Positions 19,159-27,310 of a DNA stretch of 37,446 bases are shown one piece after another; the stretch's first letter is position 1; the number at the start of each line of letters is the position of its first letter. The position numbers and the translations under genes were made by a program. The notes beneath the pieces are model-generated. The model did no database searches, had not been told where the DNA came from, and saw only the letters and a program-made list of their open reading frames with translations. Location: positions 1 through 37,446 of the forward strand of contig JBKHJP010000002.1 of NCBI GenBank assembly GCA_046538065.1, read 5' to 3'. This DNA comes from Thermoanaerobaculia bacterium (GTDB lineage Bacteria > Acidobacteriota > Thermoanaerobaculia > Multivoradales > DATKCC01).

Positions 19159-19248
19159 GTGTAGGGGAGGAGCTCGCCTCCTCCCGCGGGTTGGAACGGT
19201 CGGGGATCGCCGGCGCATGGGAGGAGACGAGCTCCTCCCCTACACGCC
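19159..19248. repeat. Complete ~90-bp MITE of the REP family (two inverted hairpin units plus core)
   Basis: The left unit is gtgtaggggaggagctcgcctcctccc (19159-19185). The right unit is gggaggagacgagctcctcccctacac (19219-19245), giving 27-bp inverted repeats with 1 mismatch. The core GAACGGTCGGGGATCGCCGG resembles the core of the copy at 29323. Confidence 0.8.
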
Positions 19249-19277
19249 TCCATCGCGACTCCGCACGACGTCGTAGA

Positions 19278-20144
19278 TCAGCTTGCGTGGCGGAGGCTCC
19301 ACTTGAGGACCTTCATCAGGTCGGCGGGCTCCTCGTCCTCCTCCTCCGGCTCCAGCTCCTCGGGGACCCCCACCACGTCCTCGCCCCGCTCCCGCTTGGC
19401 CCGCACCAGCGCCCCCAGCCGCCGGGCGTCCTCGTCGCGGAGCTCGTCCTGGTCGAGGTCCTCGGCGGTGCGGGCCTCGATCTCCTCCGTCATGCGCCGC
19501 ACCGTGTGGGGATCCACCTCCCCGGGCTCCGGCAGGCCGACGTCCTCCGGGGTGCGGATCTCGTCGGCGAAGCGCAGGGTCTCCGCCCGGAGGATCCCCT
19601 CCTCGGAGAGGATCGCCACCAGGTACTCCTTGCCCCGCATGACGAAGGTCGCCACGCCCGCCCGGCCGGTCCGTTCCATGGTCCGGGCCAGGAGGCGGTA
19701 GGCCTTGGTGGTCTCGCCTGCGGGGGTGAGGAAGTAGGCGCGGTCGAAGTAGACCGGCGGGATCGAGGCCGTTGGCACGAAGCGGCGCAGATCGATCTCC
19801 CGGGACTTGTCCGGCGCCAGGGCGTCGAGCTCATCGCTCTCCACCACGACGTACTCCTCCGGACCCACCTCGAAGCCCCGGACGATCTCGTCCGGCCGGA
19901 CCTCGCGGCCGTCCGCCGGGCAGTAGTAGCGCCGGGCCAGGGGTACCCCGCCGGGCCCCAGCATCCGGAGCGACACGCCGCCCCGGCGGTTCGCCGGGTA
20001 GAGGTAGACCTGGATGTTGACCAGGCCGAAGGAGAGGGTGCCCGACCACAGGGCCCGGGCTCGGGCGGTGGAAGCCTCCACCTCCGGCTCGGGGCGGCGG
20101 CCGGTCGGGGCGCCCGTCCCGGCTCCAGTGCGGGGCTCAGCCAT
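19278..20144 (-). CDS. ku: Ku DNA-end-binding protein (NHEJ), paralogue 1
   Basis: The core reads ALWSGTLSFGLVNIQVYLYPA...YYCP...EEYVVVESDELDAL...IDLRRFVP...YFDRAYFLTP..AYRLL. The C-terminal motif is ADLMKVLKWSL. ATG at 20144 is preceded by AGGAGG. There is a ~30-aa N-terminal extension before the core. Confidence 0.85.
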   Translation of the reverse strand: MAEPRTGAGTGAPTGRRPEPEVEASTARARALWSGTLSFGLVNIQVYLYPANRRGGVSLRMLGPGGVPLARRYYCPADGREVRPDEIVRGFEVGPEEYVVVESDELDALAPDKSREIDLRRFVPTASIPPVYFDRAYFLTPAGETTKAYRLLARTMERTGRAGVATFVMRGKEYLVAILSEEGILRAETLRFADEIRTPEDVGLPEPGEVDPHTVRRMTEEIEARTAEDLDQDELRDEDARRLGALVRAKRERGEDVVGVPEELEPEEEDEEPADLMKVLKWSLRHAS

Positions 20145-20964
20145 TCGAGCCCTCCTTTCCGGCGTCCCCCGTCTCGAACGGCCGGCTGAGGTCCTCGCGC
20201 AGCCGGGCCAGGCTGCTCTCGAGGGCGTCCACCAGGGACGGCGCCTCCTCGCGCTCCTCCGGGCTCGGGAACTCGAGGACCCGGCCCTCGATCTTGGCCT
20301 CGATCAGCTCCAGCACCCGCTCGCGGTACTCCTCGCGGTAGCGGGTGGGGTCGAACTCGTCCGCCATCGCCTCCACCAGGCGCTCGGCCATCTCCACCTC
20401 CGCGCCCTCCAGCTCCCGGCCCCGGGGAGCCTCCAGCTCGGAGGTCGCGATCACCTCGCCGGCCGCCCGGAGCGAGATCAGCATCAAGTACTCCCCTTCG
20501 GCGCGGAGCGCCCCCCGGTACTGCTTGTTGCGCATCACCCAGCGGGCGACCCCTTCCCTGCCGGCGCCGGCGAGGGCCCGGGCCAGGGCGAAGTAGGAGT
20601 GGCCGGCCCCGTCGTCCGGTCCCAGGTAGTAGGGGCGGTCGTACCACCGGTGGTCGAGCCGGGCGGGCTCGACGAAGCGGGTGACCTCGATGGTCCGGGA
20701 GGGCTCGGGCTGCACCTCCGCCAGGTCCTCGTCGTCCAGGACCACGAAGGTCCCGGGCTCGACCTCGTATCCCCGGCGCACCTCCTCCCGCGGCACCTCG
20801 TCGCCGCTCCGGGGATCCACCATGCGCTGGCGGACCCGGACCCGGTCCTCGGCGTGGAGCAGCCGGAAGTGGACCGTGCGATCCTCCACCGCCGAGTAGA
20901 GCTTCACCGGGACCTCGGCCGACCCGAACCGGACCACCCCTTTCCAGATGGCGCGGGCGGCCAT
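20137..20964 (-). CDS. ku: Ku DNA-end-binding protein (NHEJ), paralogue 2
   Basis: ATG at 20964 (MAARAIWKGVVRFGSAEVPVKLYSA) is preceded by GGAGGGGAGG. Further motifs are TFVVLDDEDL, IEVTRFVEP, YDRPYYLGPD and the C-terminal SLVDALESSLARL. The track ORF to 21276 is an unsupported extension. The stop overlaps the paralogue-1 ATG (ATGGCTGA). Confidence 0.85.
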   Translation of the reverse strand: MAARAIWKGVVRFGSAEVPVKLYSAVEDRTVHFRLLHAEDRVRVRQRMVDPRSGDEVPREEVRRGYEVEPGTFVVLDDEDLAEVQPEPSRTIEVTRFVEPARLDHRWYDRPYYLGPDDGAGHSYFALARALAGAGREGVARWVMRNKQYRGALRAEGEYLMLISLRAAGEVIATSELEAPRGRELEGAEVEMAERLVEAMADEFDPTRYREEYRERVLELIEAKIEGRVLEFPSPEEREEAPSLVDALESSLARLREDLSRPFETGDAGKEGSNG

Positions 20965-21314
20965 CAGGCCTCCCCTCCCCCCGTCCACCAGGGGGCGCTC
21001 TGGGCACGGCGTCCGGTCATCTCGGGGGAGCTCGCCGGCCAGGTGGCCGAGGCTCCGGGAAGGAAGGCCAATAGCAAGTTGCTTGCCGCAGGCCGGACCG
21101 GTCTGCCCGCCAGAGCCGAGGGCGGGAGAGTGGCCGGCTCGCAGGGTGCGCTTCGGCGCACCGGGACTGCGCCCTGCCCGCGACCGAACGGCAGAGTGGC
21201 CGGCCCCGGGGTGGTATCGTGGGTCGGCGACGCCCCCCCTCGGCGCCCTCGGGGAGGTCGGAGCCATCCCCGTCACCAGCCGCCGGGGCTCCCACCCGGA
21301 AGGAGGTCGAAGCG

Positions 21315-21890
21315 ATGCCAGCCAGCGCGAGCACGGTCCGCGATTCCCTGATCCCCCGTCTCCAGGACGCGGTCGCCCTGGGCGAGCCGGAGGCCACGGT
21401 CGCCCGCATCCAGGACGACCTGACGGACCTGATCAACCGCGGCGCCATCGACCTGCCGGAGCGCTTCCGGCGCGTCCACCCGGACCACTACGCCCGGCGC
21501 CTCCTGTACCGGGACCCGGACACCGGCTTCACCGCCGTGGTCATGACCTGGGGACCGGGGCAGTCGACACCGCTCCACGACCACGCCGGGCTGTGGTGCG
21601 TCGAGGGAGTGGTGGAGGGCACCATGAAGGTGGAGCAGTACGAGCTCCTGGACGAGGGCGACGAAGAGCGCTGCCGGTTCGAGAGCCGCGGCCGGGTGCT
21701 GGCCGGCCCCGGGTCCTCCGGCGCCCTGATCCCCCCCTACGAGTACCACGTGCTGGGCAACGCCACGGACGACACACCCGCCGTGACCCTCCACGTCTAC
21801 TCGGGCGAGATGGAGCACTGCACCGTCTTCGAGCCCGAAGGCGACGGCACCTACCGGCGCCGCTCGAAGAGCCTGTCCTACGCGGATTGA
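21315..21890 (+). CDS. Cysteine-dioxygenase-like cupin family protein
   Basis: ATG at 21315 has GGAGG 8 nt upstream. The cupin metal motif is TPLHDHAGLWCVEGVVEG, with a later YEYHVLGN and LHVYSG. The length is 191 aa. Confidence 0.7.
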   Translation: MPASASTVRDSLIPRLQDAVALGEPEATVARIQDDLTDLINRGAIDLPERFRRVHPDHYARRLLYRDPDTGFTAVVMTWGPGQSTPLHDHAGLWCVEGVVEGTMKVEQYELLDEGDEERCRFESRGRVLAGPGSSGALIPPYEYHVLGNATDDTPAVTLHVYSGEMEHCTVFEPEGDGTYRRRSKSLSYAD

Positions 21891-22016
21891 TCGACTCCTC
21901 CCGAGACTCATCGAGGGGCTCCCGGGTCTCCACTCCCGATCGAACCGTTCCGCGCCCTCCCCGCGGACGCACGCGGTTTCCTTTTCCCGGCGCTCCTGTC
22001 GTCTAATGGGGTCGAG

Positions 22017-23123
22017 ATGGACGCCGCCGCCCCAGCCCGGACCCTCCCACCGCCCCGGGCCGCCAAGGTGCCGGGTGGAACCGTGCCCACCGCCTGGCGC
22101 GCACTCACCCGGGATCCGCGCCACTTCCAGATCGCCGTGCTCTCGGCCCTGCTGGGCTGGGGCCTCTTCGGGCTCGAGCTGGAGGTGCGGCCGGCGGTGG
22201 CGGCCACCATCCTCGGGACGGCCCTGGCGCTCCAGTGGGCGGGGGACCGGATCCGCGGGCGGGTCACCGGGGAGCCGTCGGCCCCGGGGCGGAGCGCTCC
22301 AGCAGGCGGCGGCCGGCCCCGCCGCTTCGAGCCCCGGAGCGCCCTCATCTCGGCGCTCTCGCTGACTCTCCTGCTCCGGACCACCTCGCCGTGGGTAGCG
22401 GCCCTCGCAGCGATCCTCACGATCGGCAGCAAGCTCGTGATCCGCCTGCCCACCCCGCACGGCTCGAAGCACGTCTTCAACCCGACGAACTTCGGCCTCG
22501 CGGCGACCCTTCTCCTCACCGACCGCGCCTGGGTCTCGCCGGGTCAGTGGGGCTCGGCGGCGCTGGCGGGGTTCGCCGTCGCCTGCGCCGGCTTCCTGGT
22601 GGTGCGCCGGGCGGAGCGGAGCGACGTCACCTGGGCCTTCCTGGCCTCCTACGGCGCCCTCGTCTTCGGGCGGGCCCTGTGGCTCGGCGATCCGATGGCG
22701 ATCCCCGTCCACCAGCTCTCGAGCGGGGCCTTCCTGATCTTCGCGTTCTTCATGATCTCGGACCCCAAGACCACCCCCGACTCCCGGGCCGGCCGGGTGC
22801 TCTTCGCCCTTCTGGTGGCCCTGGGGGCCGGGCTCGTCCACTTCCACCTGTACCGGCCGAACGGGCTCATCTGGTCGTTGGCGGCGCTGGCACCGGCGGT
22901 GCCGGCGATCGACCGGCTGCTCCCCGGGCGGCGCTACCGCTGGCCCGGGGGCCGGCCGCGGGGCGAGGTGAGCTTCCACCGCGGGCGGACGCAAGGTCCG
23001 CCCCTACATGCCCGGAGAGGGGTGGAGCTGCCGCCTGAGCGGCTCCCCGCCTCCGGTTCTTCCACCCACACCGGAGCAGCGAAAGCCCTGGTCGCTCCAG
23101 TCCGTGAAGGGAGATGTACATGA
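22017..23123 (+). CDS. Polytopic membrane protein of the NQR2/RnfD/RnfE-like family; the 3' ~150 nt is read-through into a REP unit
   Basis: There are multiple TM segments and the motif FFMISDPKTTP, which resembles the RnfD/NqrB FMxTDPxTSP. After ..AIDRLLPGRRYRWP (~22945) the frame continues through the repeat at 22983-23012 and lower-GC sequence to the stop at 23123. The native C-terminus is therefore uncertain. Confidence 0.55.
   Translation: MDAAAPARTLPPPRAAKVPGGTVPTAWRALTRDPRHFQIAVLSALLGWGLFGLELEVRPAVAATILGTALALQWAGDRIRGRVTGEPSAPGRSAPAGGGRPRRFEPRSALISALSLTLLLRTTSPWVAALAAILTIGSKLVIRLPTPHGSKHVFNPTNFGLAATLLLTDRAWVSPGQWGSAALAGFAVACAGFLVVRRAERSDVTWAFLASYGALVFGRALWLGDPMAIPVHQLSSGAFLIFAFFMISDPKTTPDSRAGRVLFALLVALGAGLVHFHLYRPNGLIWSLAALAPAVPAIDRLLPGRRYRWPGGRPRGEVSFHRGRTQGPPLHARRGVELPPERLPASGSSTHTGAAKALVAPVREGRCT
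22983..23012 (-). repeat. Variant REP-like hairpin unit
   Basis: The sequence is gggcggacgcaaggtccgcccctacatgcc. The stem is GGGCGGAC/GTCCGCCC and the CCCCTACA tail matches the family, although the stem sequence differs. Confidence 0.7.
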
Positions 23124-23442
23124 GCTTCGGACACCCCGGCTCCACGTGCGCTACGACGGGGAGCGGTTCCCGGAGGACCTCCAGTTCCAGGAGACCGGCG
23201 ACCGCACCAACTTCCAGGGCCGCTACGTCCTGCGCCATCCGTGGACGGGCTCCGAGGACTGCCCGGAAGCCGACGAGTACCGCCGCGAGCTCGCCGAGCG
23301 CCGGGAACGCCAGGCCCGAACCCTGGCGGAGCTCACCGGCTGGAACCTGGAGGAGATCCGGGACCGGATGGACCTCGGCGCCCCGCCGCCGGAGGACGAG
23401 CCCTGGTGGCGCCGCCTGTGGCCGGACCGGGACGGACGGTAG
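23104..23442 (+). pseudogene. C-terminal remnant of a DUF2330-like protein
   Basis: The fragment reads ..RLHVRYDGERFPEDLQFQETGDRTNFQGRYVLRHPWTGSEDCPEADEYRRELAERRERQARTLAELTGWNLEEIRDRM.. I recognise this from memory as the C-terminal part of DUF2330 proteins, which are normally ~350 aa. G/C third positions begin only at ~23135. There is no SD, only a GTG at 23104, and the N-terminal two-thirds are absent. Confidence 0.45.
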
Positions 23443-23490
23443 CGGTCCGACTCGATCCCGCCTCAGGCCCGCCGTGCTACCGTTCCGTCA

Positions 23491-24069
23491 ATGACGAACC
23501 CAGCGGCGCGATCCGCACCTCTCACCGTGGAAGACCTCCCCTGGCTCGATCGGGACGAGGGGCGGGCGGAGCTCGTGGCGGGCACGCTGGTCCGCGAGCC
23601 TCCGCCCGGAGAGGGGCACGGCGGGATCGCCGCCCAGGTTGCGGCGCTGCTGCTTCCATTCGTCCGTGAGCACGGTCTGGGATGGGTCTTCGTGGAAACG
23701 GGCTACGTGCTGGCGAACGACCCCGACACCGTGCGGGGCCCCGACGTCTCCTTCGTCTCCGCTCGTCGCCTGGCCACGGCGTCCCGGCGTGGCCCCTACC
23801 GCGTGGGGGCACCGGACCTGGCCGTGGAGGTGGTGTCACTGGCTGACAGCCGGCGGGAGGTAGCGGCAAAGGCGGCCGAGTACCTGGCGGCGGGCGCCGA
23901 GGCGGTGTGGATCATCGACCCTCGTCACCAGACGGTCACCACGAACCTCCCCGAGCGACGTCCGACGACGCTCGGTCGCGACGAGACGCTGCACGGAGAG
24001 CCTTGCCTTCCCGGTCTCCGCCTCGCCGTCGCCGACCTCTTCGCGTTCGAGGCATCCCCCGAAAGGTGA
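23491..24069 (+). CDS. Uma2-family (DUF820) putative endonuclease
   Basis: The sequence reads AELVAGTLV.., GWVFVETGYVL....RGPDVSFV, APDLAVEVVS.....EVAAKAAEYLAAGAEAVWIIDP. This matches the PD-(D/E)xK-type Uma2 layout. Confidence 0.8.
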   Translation: MTNPAARSAPLTVEDLPWLDRDEGRAELVAGTLVREPPPGEGHGGIAAQVAALLLPFVREHGLGWVFVETGYVLANDPDTVRGPDVSFVSARRLATASRRGPYRVGAPDLAVEVVSLADSRREVAAKAAEYLAAGAEAVWIIDPRHQTVTTNLPERRPTTLGRDETLHGEPCLPGLRLAVADLFAFEASPER

Positions 24070-24124
24070 GGCACCACCCGTAGGGGGTGGTCGCGCTCCT
24101 GGTCGGCTTCTGCGCTGGACCCAG

Positions 24125-26668
24125 CTACGGCGGGTGCGGCGGCGGTGGCGGCTCGCGCGGGCGGTCCGGGGGACGGTCCTGCCCCTCCTCACCTCGCTCT
24201 TCCTCTCCCTCCCCCTCCTCGCCGAACACCCGGTCCAGCCAGCGCCGGATGCGGCCGGGGCCGCGCTCGTCGCCGGTCTCTTCCCGGCCGCGGCGCTCGC
24301 GCCAGCGCTCGTCCCGGTCCCACCAGCCGCCGCGGCCGTGGAGGCCGCAGACCTCCGCCGGGACATAGCCCTCCAGGAAGACCTCGGTGAAAACTTCGGG
24401 GCAGTCGTCCGTGGCGAGCTGGCCGCTCGCCGGGTCGATGACCGCCGTGGTCACCCCCGGGGGCATGCGGAAGGTGGAGTACCCGCCCGGAGGCCGCACC
24501 CTTGCGGTGAAGCGGGTCCAGATGGGAAGCGCCGCCCGGGCGCCGGACATCCGCGTGGCGGCGTTGTCGTCGTAGCCCACCCAGACCACGCTCACCCGTT
24601 CCGGCGAGTAGCCGGCGAACCAGCTGTCCCTGCGGCCGTTGGAGGTGCCGGTCTTGCCCGCCAGCGGCCCCTGGAGGCCCTGGGCCCGGGCGGAGGCGCC
24701 GGTGCCCCGGTCCAGCACCCCCTGGAGGAGCGAGGTCAGGAGGTAGGACGCCTCCGGGGAGACGACCCGCTCCGGCTCCGGCGGCGTGAGACCGTCCACC
24801 GCTCGGCCCTCCGCGTCGAAGACGGCGGTCAGGCCGTAGATCGGCGGCCGCTCCCCGCCCCGGGCCAGGGTGGCGTAGACCGAGGAGAGCTCCAGGGCCG
24901 TCACCTCGAAGGACCCCAGGGCCAGGGACGGCAGCGGGTCCAGGTCCGAGCGGATGCCCAGGGCCCGGGCCGTCTCCACGATCCGCGGGAGCCCGGTCTG
25001 GAGCGCCAGCCGGGCGGTGGCGACGTTGTAGCTGTCCTCGAGGGCGGTCCGGGCCCGCACCCAGCCGTGGTACGCGTCGTCGTAGTTGTCGGGGGTCCAG
25101 GTCCGGCCCGCCAGCGTCACGGTGAGGGGCGAGTCCTCCACCAGGGTGGCGGGCGTGGCCTGGCCCGACTCGAAGGCGGCGGCGTAGACCACCGGCTTGA
25201 AGGCGCTCCCGGCCTGCCGGCGGGCCTTGCGGGCCCGGTCGAACTGGCTCCGGGAGTAGTCCCGCCCCCCGACGTAGGCGAGGATCCCGCCGTCCCGGGG
25301 GTTGAGGGAGATGAGGGCCCCCTGGAGGGGCCCCTGGGCGTTGGGGTTGCCCTTCTCCCAGCCGTTCTCGAGGGCCGGCAGGCCCCAGTCGACGGCCTCC
25401 CGGGCGGCCTGCTGGTCCGGCCAGTCCAGGGTCGAGAGCAGCACGTAGCCGGCGTCGGCGAGCTCCCGGACCCCGAAGCGGCGGGCCGCCTCGTCCGCCA
25501 TGAAGTCGCCGAAGTAGGGCGCCCGGCGCCGGACCACCGGCTCCGGGTTGACCGTCACGGGGGCCGCCCGGGCCCGCTCCGCCCGTTCGGGGTCGACCAC
25601 GCCGAGCCCGGCCATGAGGTCCAGCACCTGGTCCCGGCGGCGCCGGGCCGCCTCCGGATGGGCCAGGGGGGAGTAGTTCGCGGGCGAGCGGATCATCCCG
25701 GCCAGGAGCGCCGACTCCCCCAGGTCGAGCTGGTGCGGGTCCTTGCCGAAGTAGGCCCGGGACGCGGCGCCCACGCCCATCAGGTTCACGCCCCGGGAGG
25801 CGCCCAGGTAGATCTCGTTGAGGTACGCCTGGAGGATCGCCCGCTTCGAGAAGCGCAGCTCCAGGAACAGGGCGAGGACCGCCTCCCGGAGCTTCCGCGA
25901 CCAGGTGCGCTCGTGGGTCAGGTACAGGTTCTTGACGAGCTGCTGGGTGATGGTGCTGCCGCCCTGGGTGAGCTCGCCTCCGGTCAGGTTCACCCAGGCG
26001 GCCCGGACGATCCCGGTGAAGGACAGGCCCAGGTGGTCGAAGAAGTCCTGGTCCTCCACCACCAGGACCGCCTGGACCAGCTCCTCCGGAAGCTCGTCCA
26101 CCCGGGCCGGCCGGCGCTCCTTCAGGTCGGGGCCGTAGTAGGTGGCGATCAGCGGCGGGTCGAGGTAGGCCACTTCCACGGCACGACCGCTGAGCTCCAG
26201 GCCGCGCACCCGGCGCCCGGCCCGGAGCCGGATCTCCAGGGGCCGCCCGCCGGCCCAGCCGTCCGGGGTGGGGAAGCTCCGCTGGTAAACCGTGAGGGTG
26301 TCGCCACTCCGGACGTAGCGCCCGGCGACGGGGCGCATGCCCTCCTCGACGGGGCGGTACCCCTCGTCCCGGAGCAGGTCCAGGATCTCCTGGAGGTCGA
26401 TGAGCTGTCCCACCCGGAGGACGGGGGCGCGGCCGTAGAGCCGCGACGGCTGGAGCGACGGAGCGTCGTCGAACTGGCCGGAGAGCTCCCAGTAGGGCCA
26501 GACCGCCCAGGCGACGATCCCCACCACCAGGAGCGCCAGAGCGGCACTCCCGAGAAGGATCCGGCGCCGGATCCGCCGGTCGCGCCAGAGTCTCGCGAGC
26601 CCGCGCCGGTCCCCGGCGGAGCCCGTCTCAGCGGGGCCCTTCCCGCCCTGTCGTTTCCTGATACGCAT
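24125..26668 (-). CDS. mrcA: Class A penicillin-binding protein (PBP1A-type transglycosylase/transpeptidase)
   Basis: There is an N-terminal TM anchor. Glycosyltransferase motifs are EDQDFFDHLG, GGSTITQQLVKN and RKLREAVLALFLE. Transpeptidase motifs are SAFKP, SYN and KTGTS. An unusual ~70-aa highly charged, Pro-rich C-terminal tail is present (..RDERWRERRGREETGDER...PPPPPHPP). Confidence 0.9.
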   Translation of the reverse strand: MRIRKRQGGKGPAETGSAGDRRGLARLWRDRRIRRRILLGSAALALLVVGIVAWAVWPYWELSGQFDDAPSLQPSRLYGRAPVLRVGQLIDLQEILDLLRDEGYRPVEEGMRPVAGRYVRSGDTLTVYQRSFPTPDGWAGGRPLEIRLRAGRRVRGLELSGRAVEVAYLDPPLIATYYGPDLKERRPARVDELPEELVQAVLVVEDQDFFDHLGLSFTGIVRAAWVNLTGGELTQGGSTITQQLVKNLYLTHERTWSRKLREAVLALFLELRFSKRAILQAYLNEIYLGASRGVNLMGVGAASRAYFGKDPHQLDLGESALLAGMIRSPANYSPLAHPEAARRRRDQVLDLMAGLGVVDPERAERARAAPVTVNPEPVVRRRAPYFGDFMADEAARRFGVRELADAGYVLLSTLDWPDQQAAREAVDWGLPALENGWEKGNPNAQGPLQGALISLNPRDGGILAYVGGRDYSRSQFDRARKARRQAGSAFKPVVYAAAFESGQATPATLVEDSPLTVTLAGRTWTPDNYDDAYHGWVRARTALEDSYNVATARLALQTGLPRIVETARALGIRSDLDPLPSLALGSFEVTALELSSVYATLARGGERPPIYGLTAVFDAEGRAVDGLTPPEPERVVSPEASYLLTSLLQGVLDRGTGASARAQGLQGPLAGKTGTSNGRRDSWFAGYSPERVSVVWVGYDDNAATRMSGARAALPIWTRFTARVRPPGGYSTFRMPPGVTTAVIDPASGQLATDDCPEVFTEVFLEGYVPAEVCGLHGRGGWWDRDERWRERRGREETGDERGPGRIRRWLDRVFGEEGEGEEERGEEGQDRPPDRPREPPPPPHPP

Positions 26669-26751
26669 CTACCGTGGACGGAGCGTCTCGCTCCTCGGCC
26701 AGCCTCTTGCAAGACCGGGGCCTCCGGTCTCACCGCTGCCGGCGCCTTGAT

Positions 26752-26790
26752 CCGCTCTCTTGCCCCGCTCTCTTGCCCCGCTCTCTTGCC
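26752..26790. repeat. 13-bp perfect tandem repeat x3 upstream of the PBP1A gene
   Basis: CCGCTCTCTTGCC occurs at 26752-26764, 26765-26777 and 26778-26790. It lies in the 149-bp spacer between the RES toxin stop and the PBP1A start. Confidence 0.9.
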
Positions 26791-26817
26791 GGAGCCCCGC
26801 GGCACGCTCACCTCCTC

Positions 26818-27303
26818 CTACGGCCCCTTCCACATCCGGGAATCGAAGGAGAACGGCTCCGGCGGGTCGATCTCGAGCTTCTGGATCGCCCGGTGAATCG
26901 GGTTCAAGAGGACGTTCGACTCCTGGGGGATGAGCGCCGACGGCACCTCCAGGGGGGCCGAGCGGCCGGACCGCTGCCAGGCGCTGCCCAGGTCCTTGAG
27001 GGCCTCCGGGGCGGGATGGCGCCGCCAGTCTTCCGGCAGGAGGGAGCGGTCCAGGCGCCCGACCCGTAGCCCGGGCGGGAGCCTCGCGCGGATCGCCACC
27101 AGGTCGTCGGGCAAGGTCTCCTGCTGGAAGTGGACGACGAGCTCCAGGGCGGCGAGGGAGAGGGTGGCGGACGTGTAGACGAGGGGGGTTCCCGGGTGGT
27201 TCCAGCGGCCGCCGTAGAGCCGTGCCCCTTCGCCGTCGAAGGCCCGCCCGGCGTGGCGCGCAGTGGTAAGGCGCCAGACCGTCCGGCCGGGCCCGCCACT
27301 CAC
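26818..27303 (-). CDS. RES-domain toxin (RES-Xre type II TA)
   Basis: The sequence reads VWRLTT..GEGARLYGGRWNHPGTPLVYTSATLSLAALE...EVPSALIPQESNVLLNP, so the R, E and S signature contexts are present. The start is GTG at 27303. Confidence 0.85.
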   Translation of the reverse strand: MSGGPGRTVWRLTTARHAGRAFDGEGARLYGGRWNHPGTPLVYTSATLSLAALELVVHFQQETLPDDLVAIRARLPPGLRVGRLDRSLLPEDWRRHPAPEALKDLGSAWQRSGRSAPLEVPSALIPQESNVLLNPIHRAIQKLEIDPPEPFSFDSRMWKGP

Positions 27304-27310
27304 GAGCCAC

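Noticed and set aside
19278-20144. The N-terminal ~30 aa of Ku paralogue 1 as a separate functional domain, or an internal GTG (..PEVEAST..) as the true start
   Set aside because: The segment is low-complexity (Gly/Ala/Pro/Thr/Arg). The ATG at 20144 has a strong AGGAGG and the stop-start overlap, so I kept it. The sequence alone cannot settle the matter.
24072-24092. Bidirectional terminator between the convergent Uma2 and PBP1A genes (ACCACCC-GTAGG-GGGTGGT)
   Set aside because: The stem is only 7 bp and neither strand has a U-tract. It is indistinguishable from chance palindromes in GC-rich DNA.
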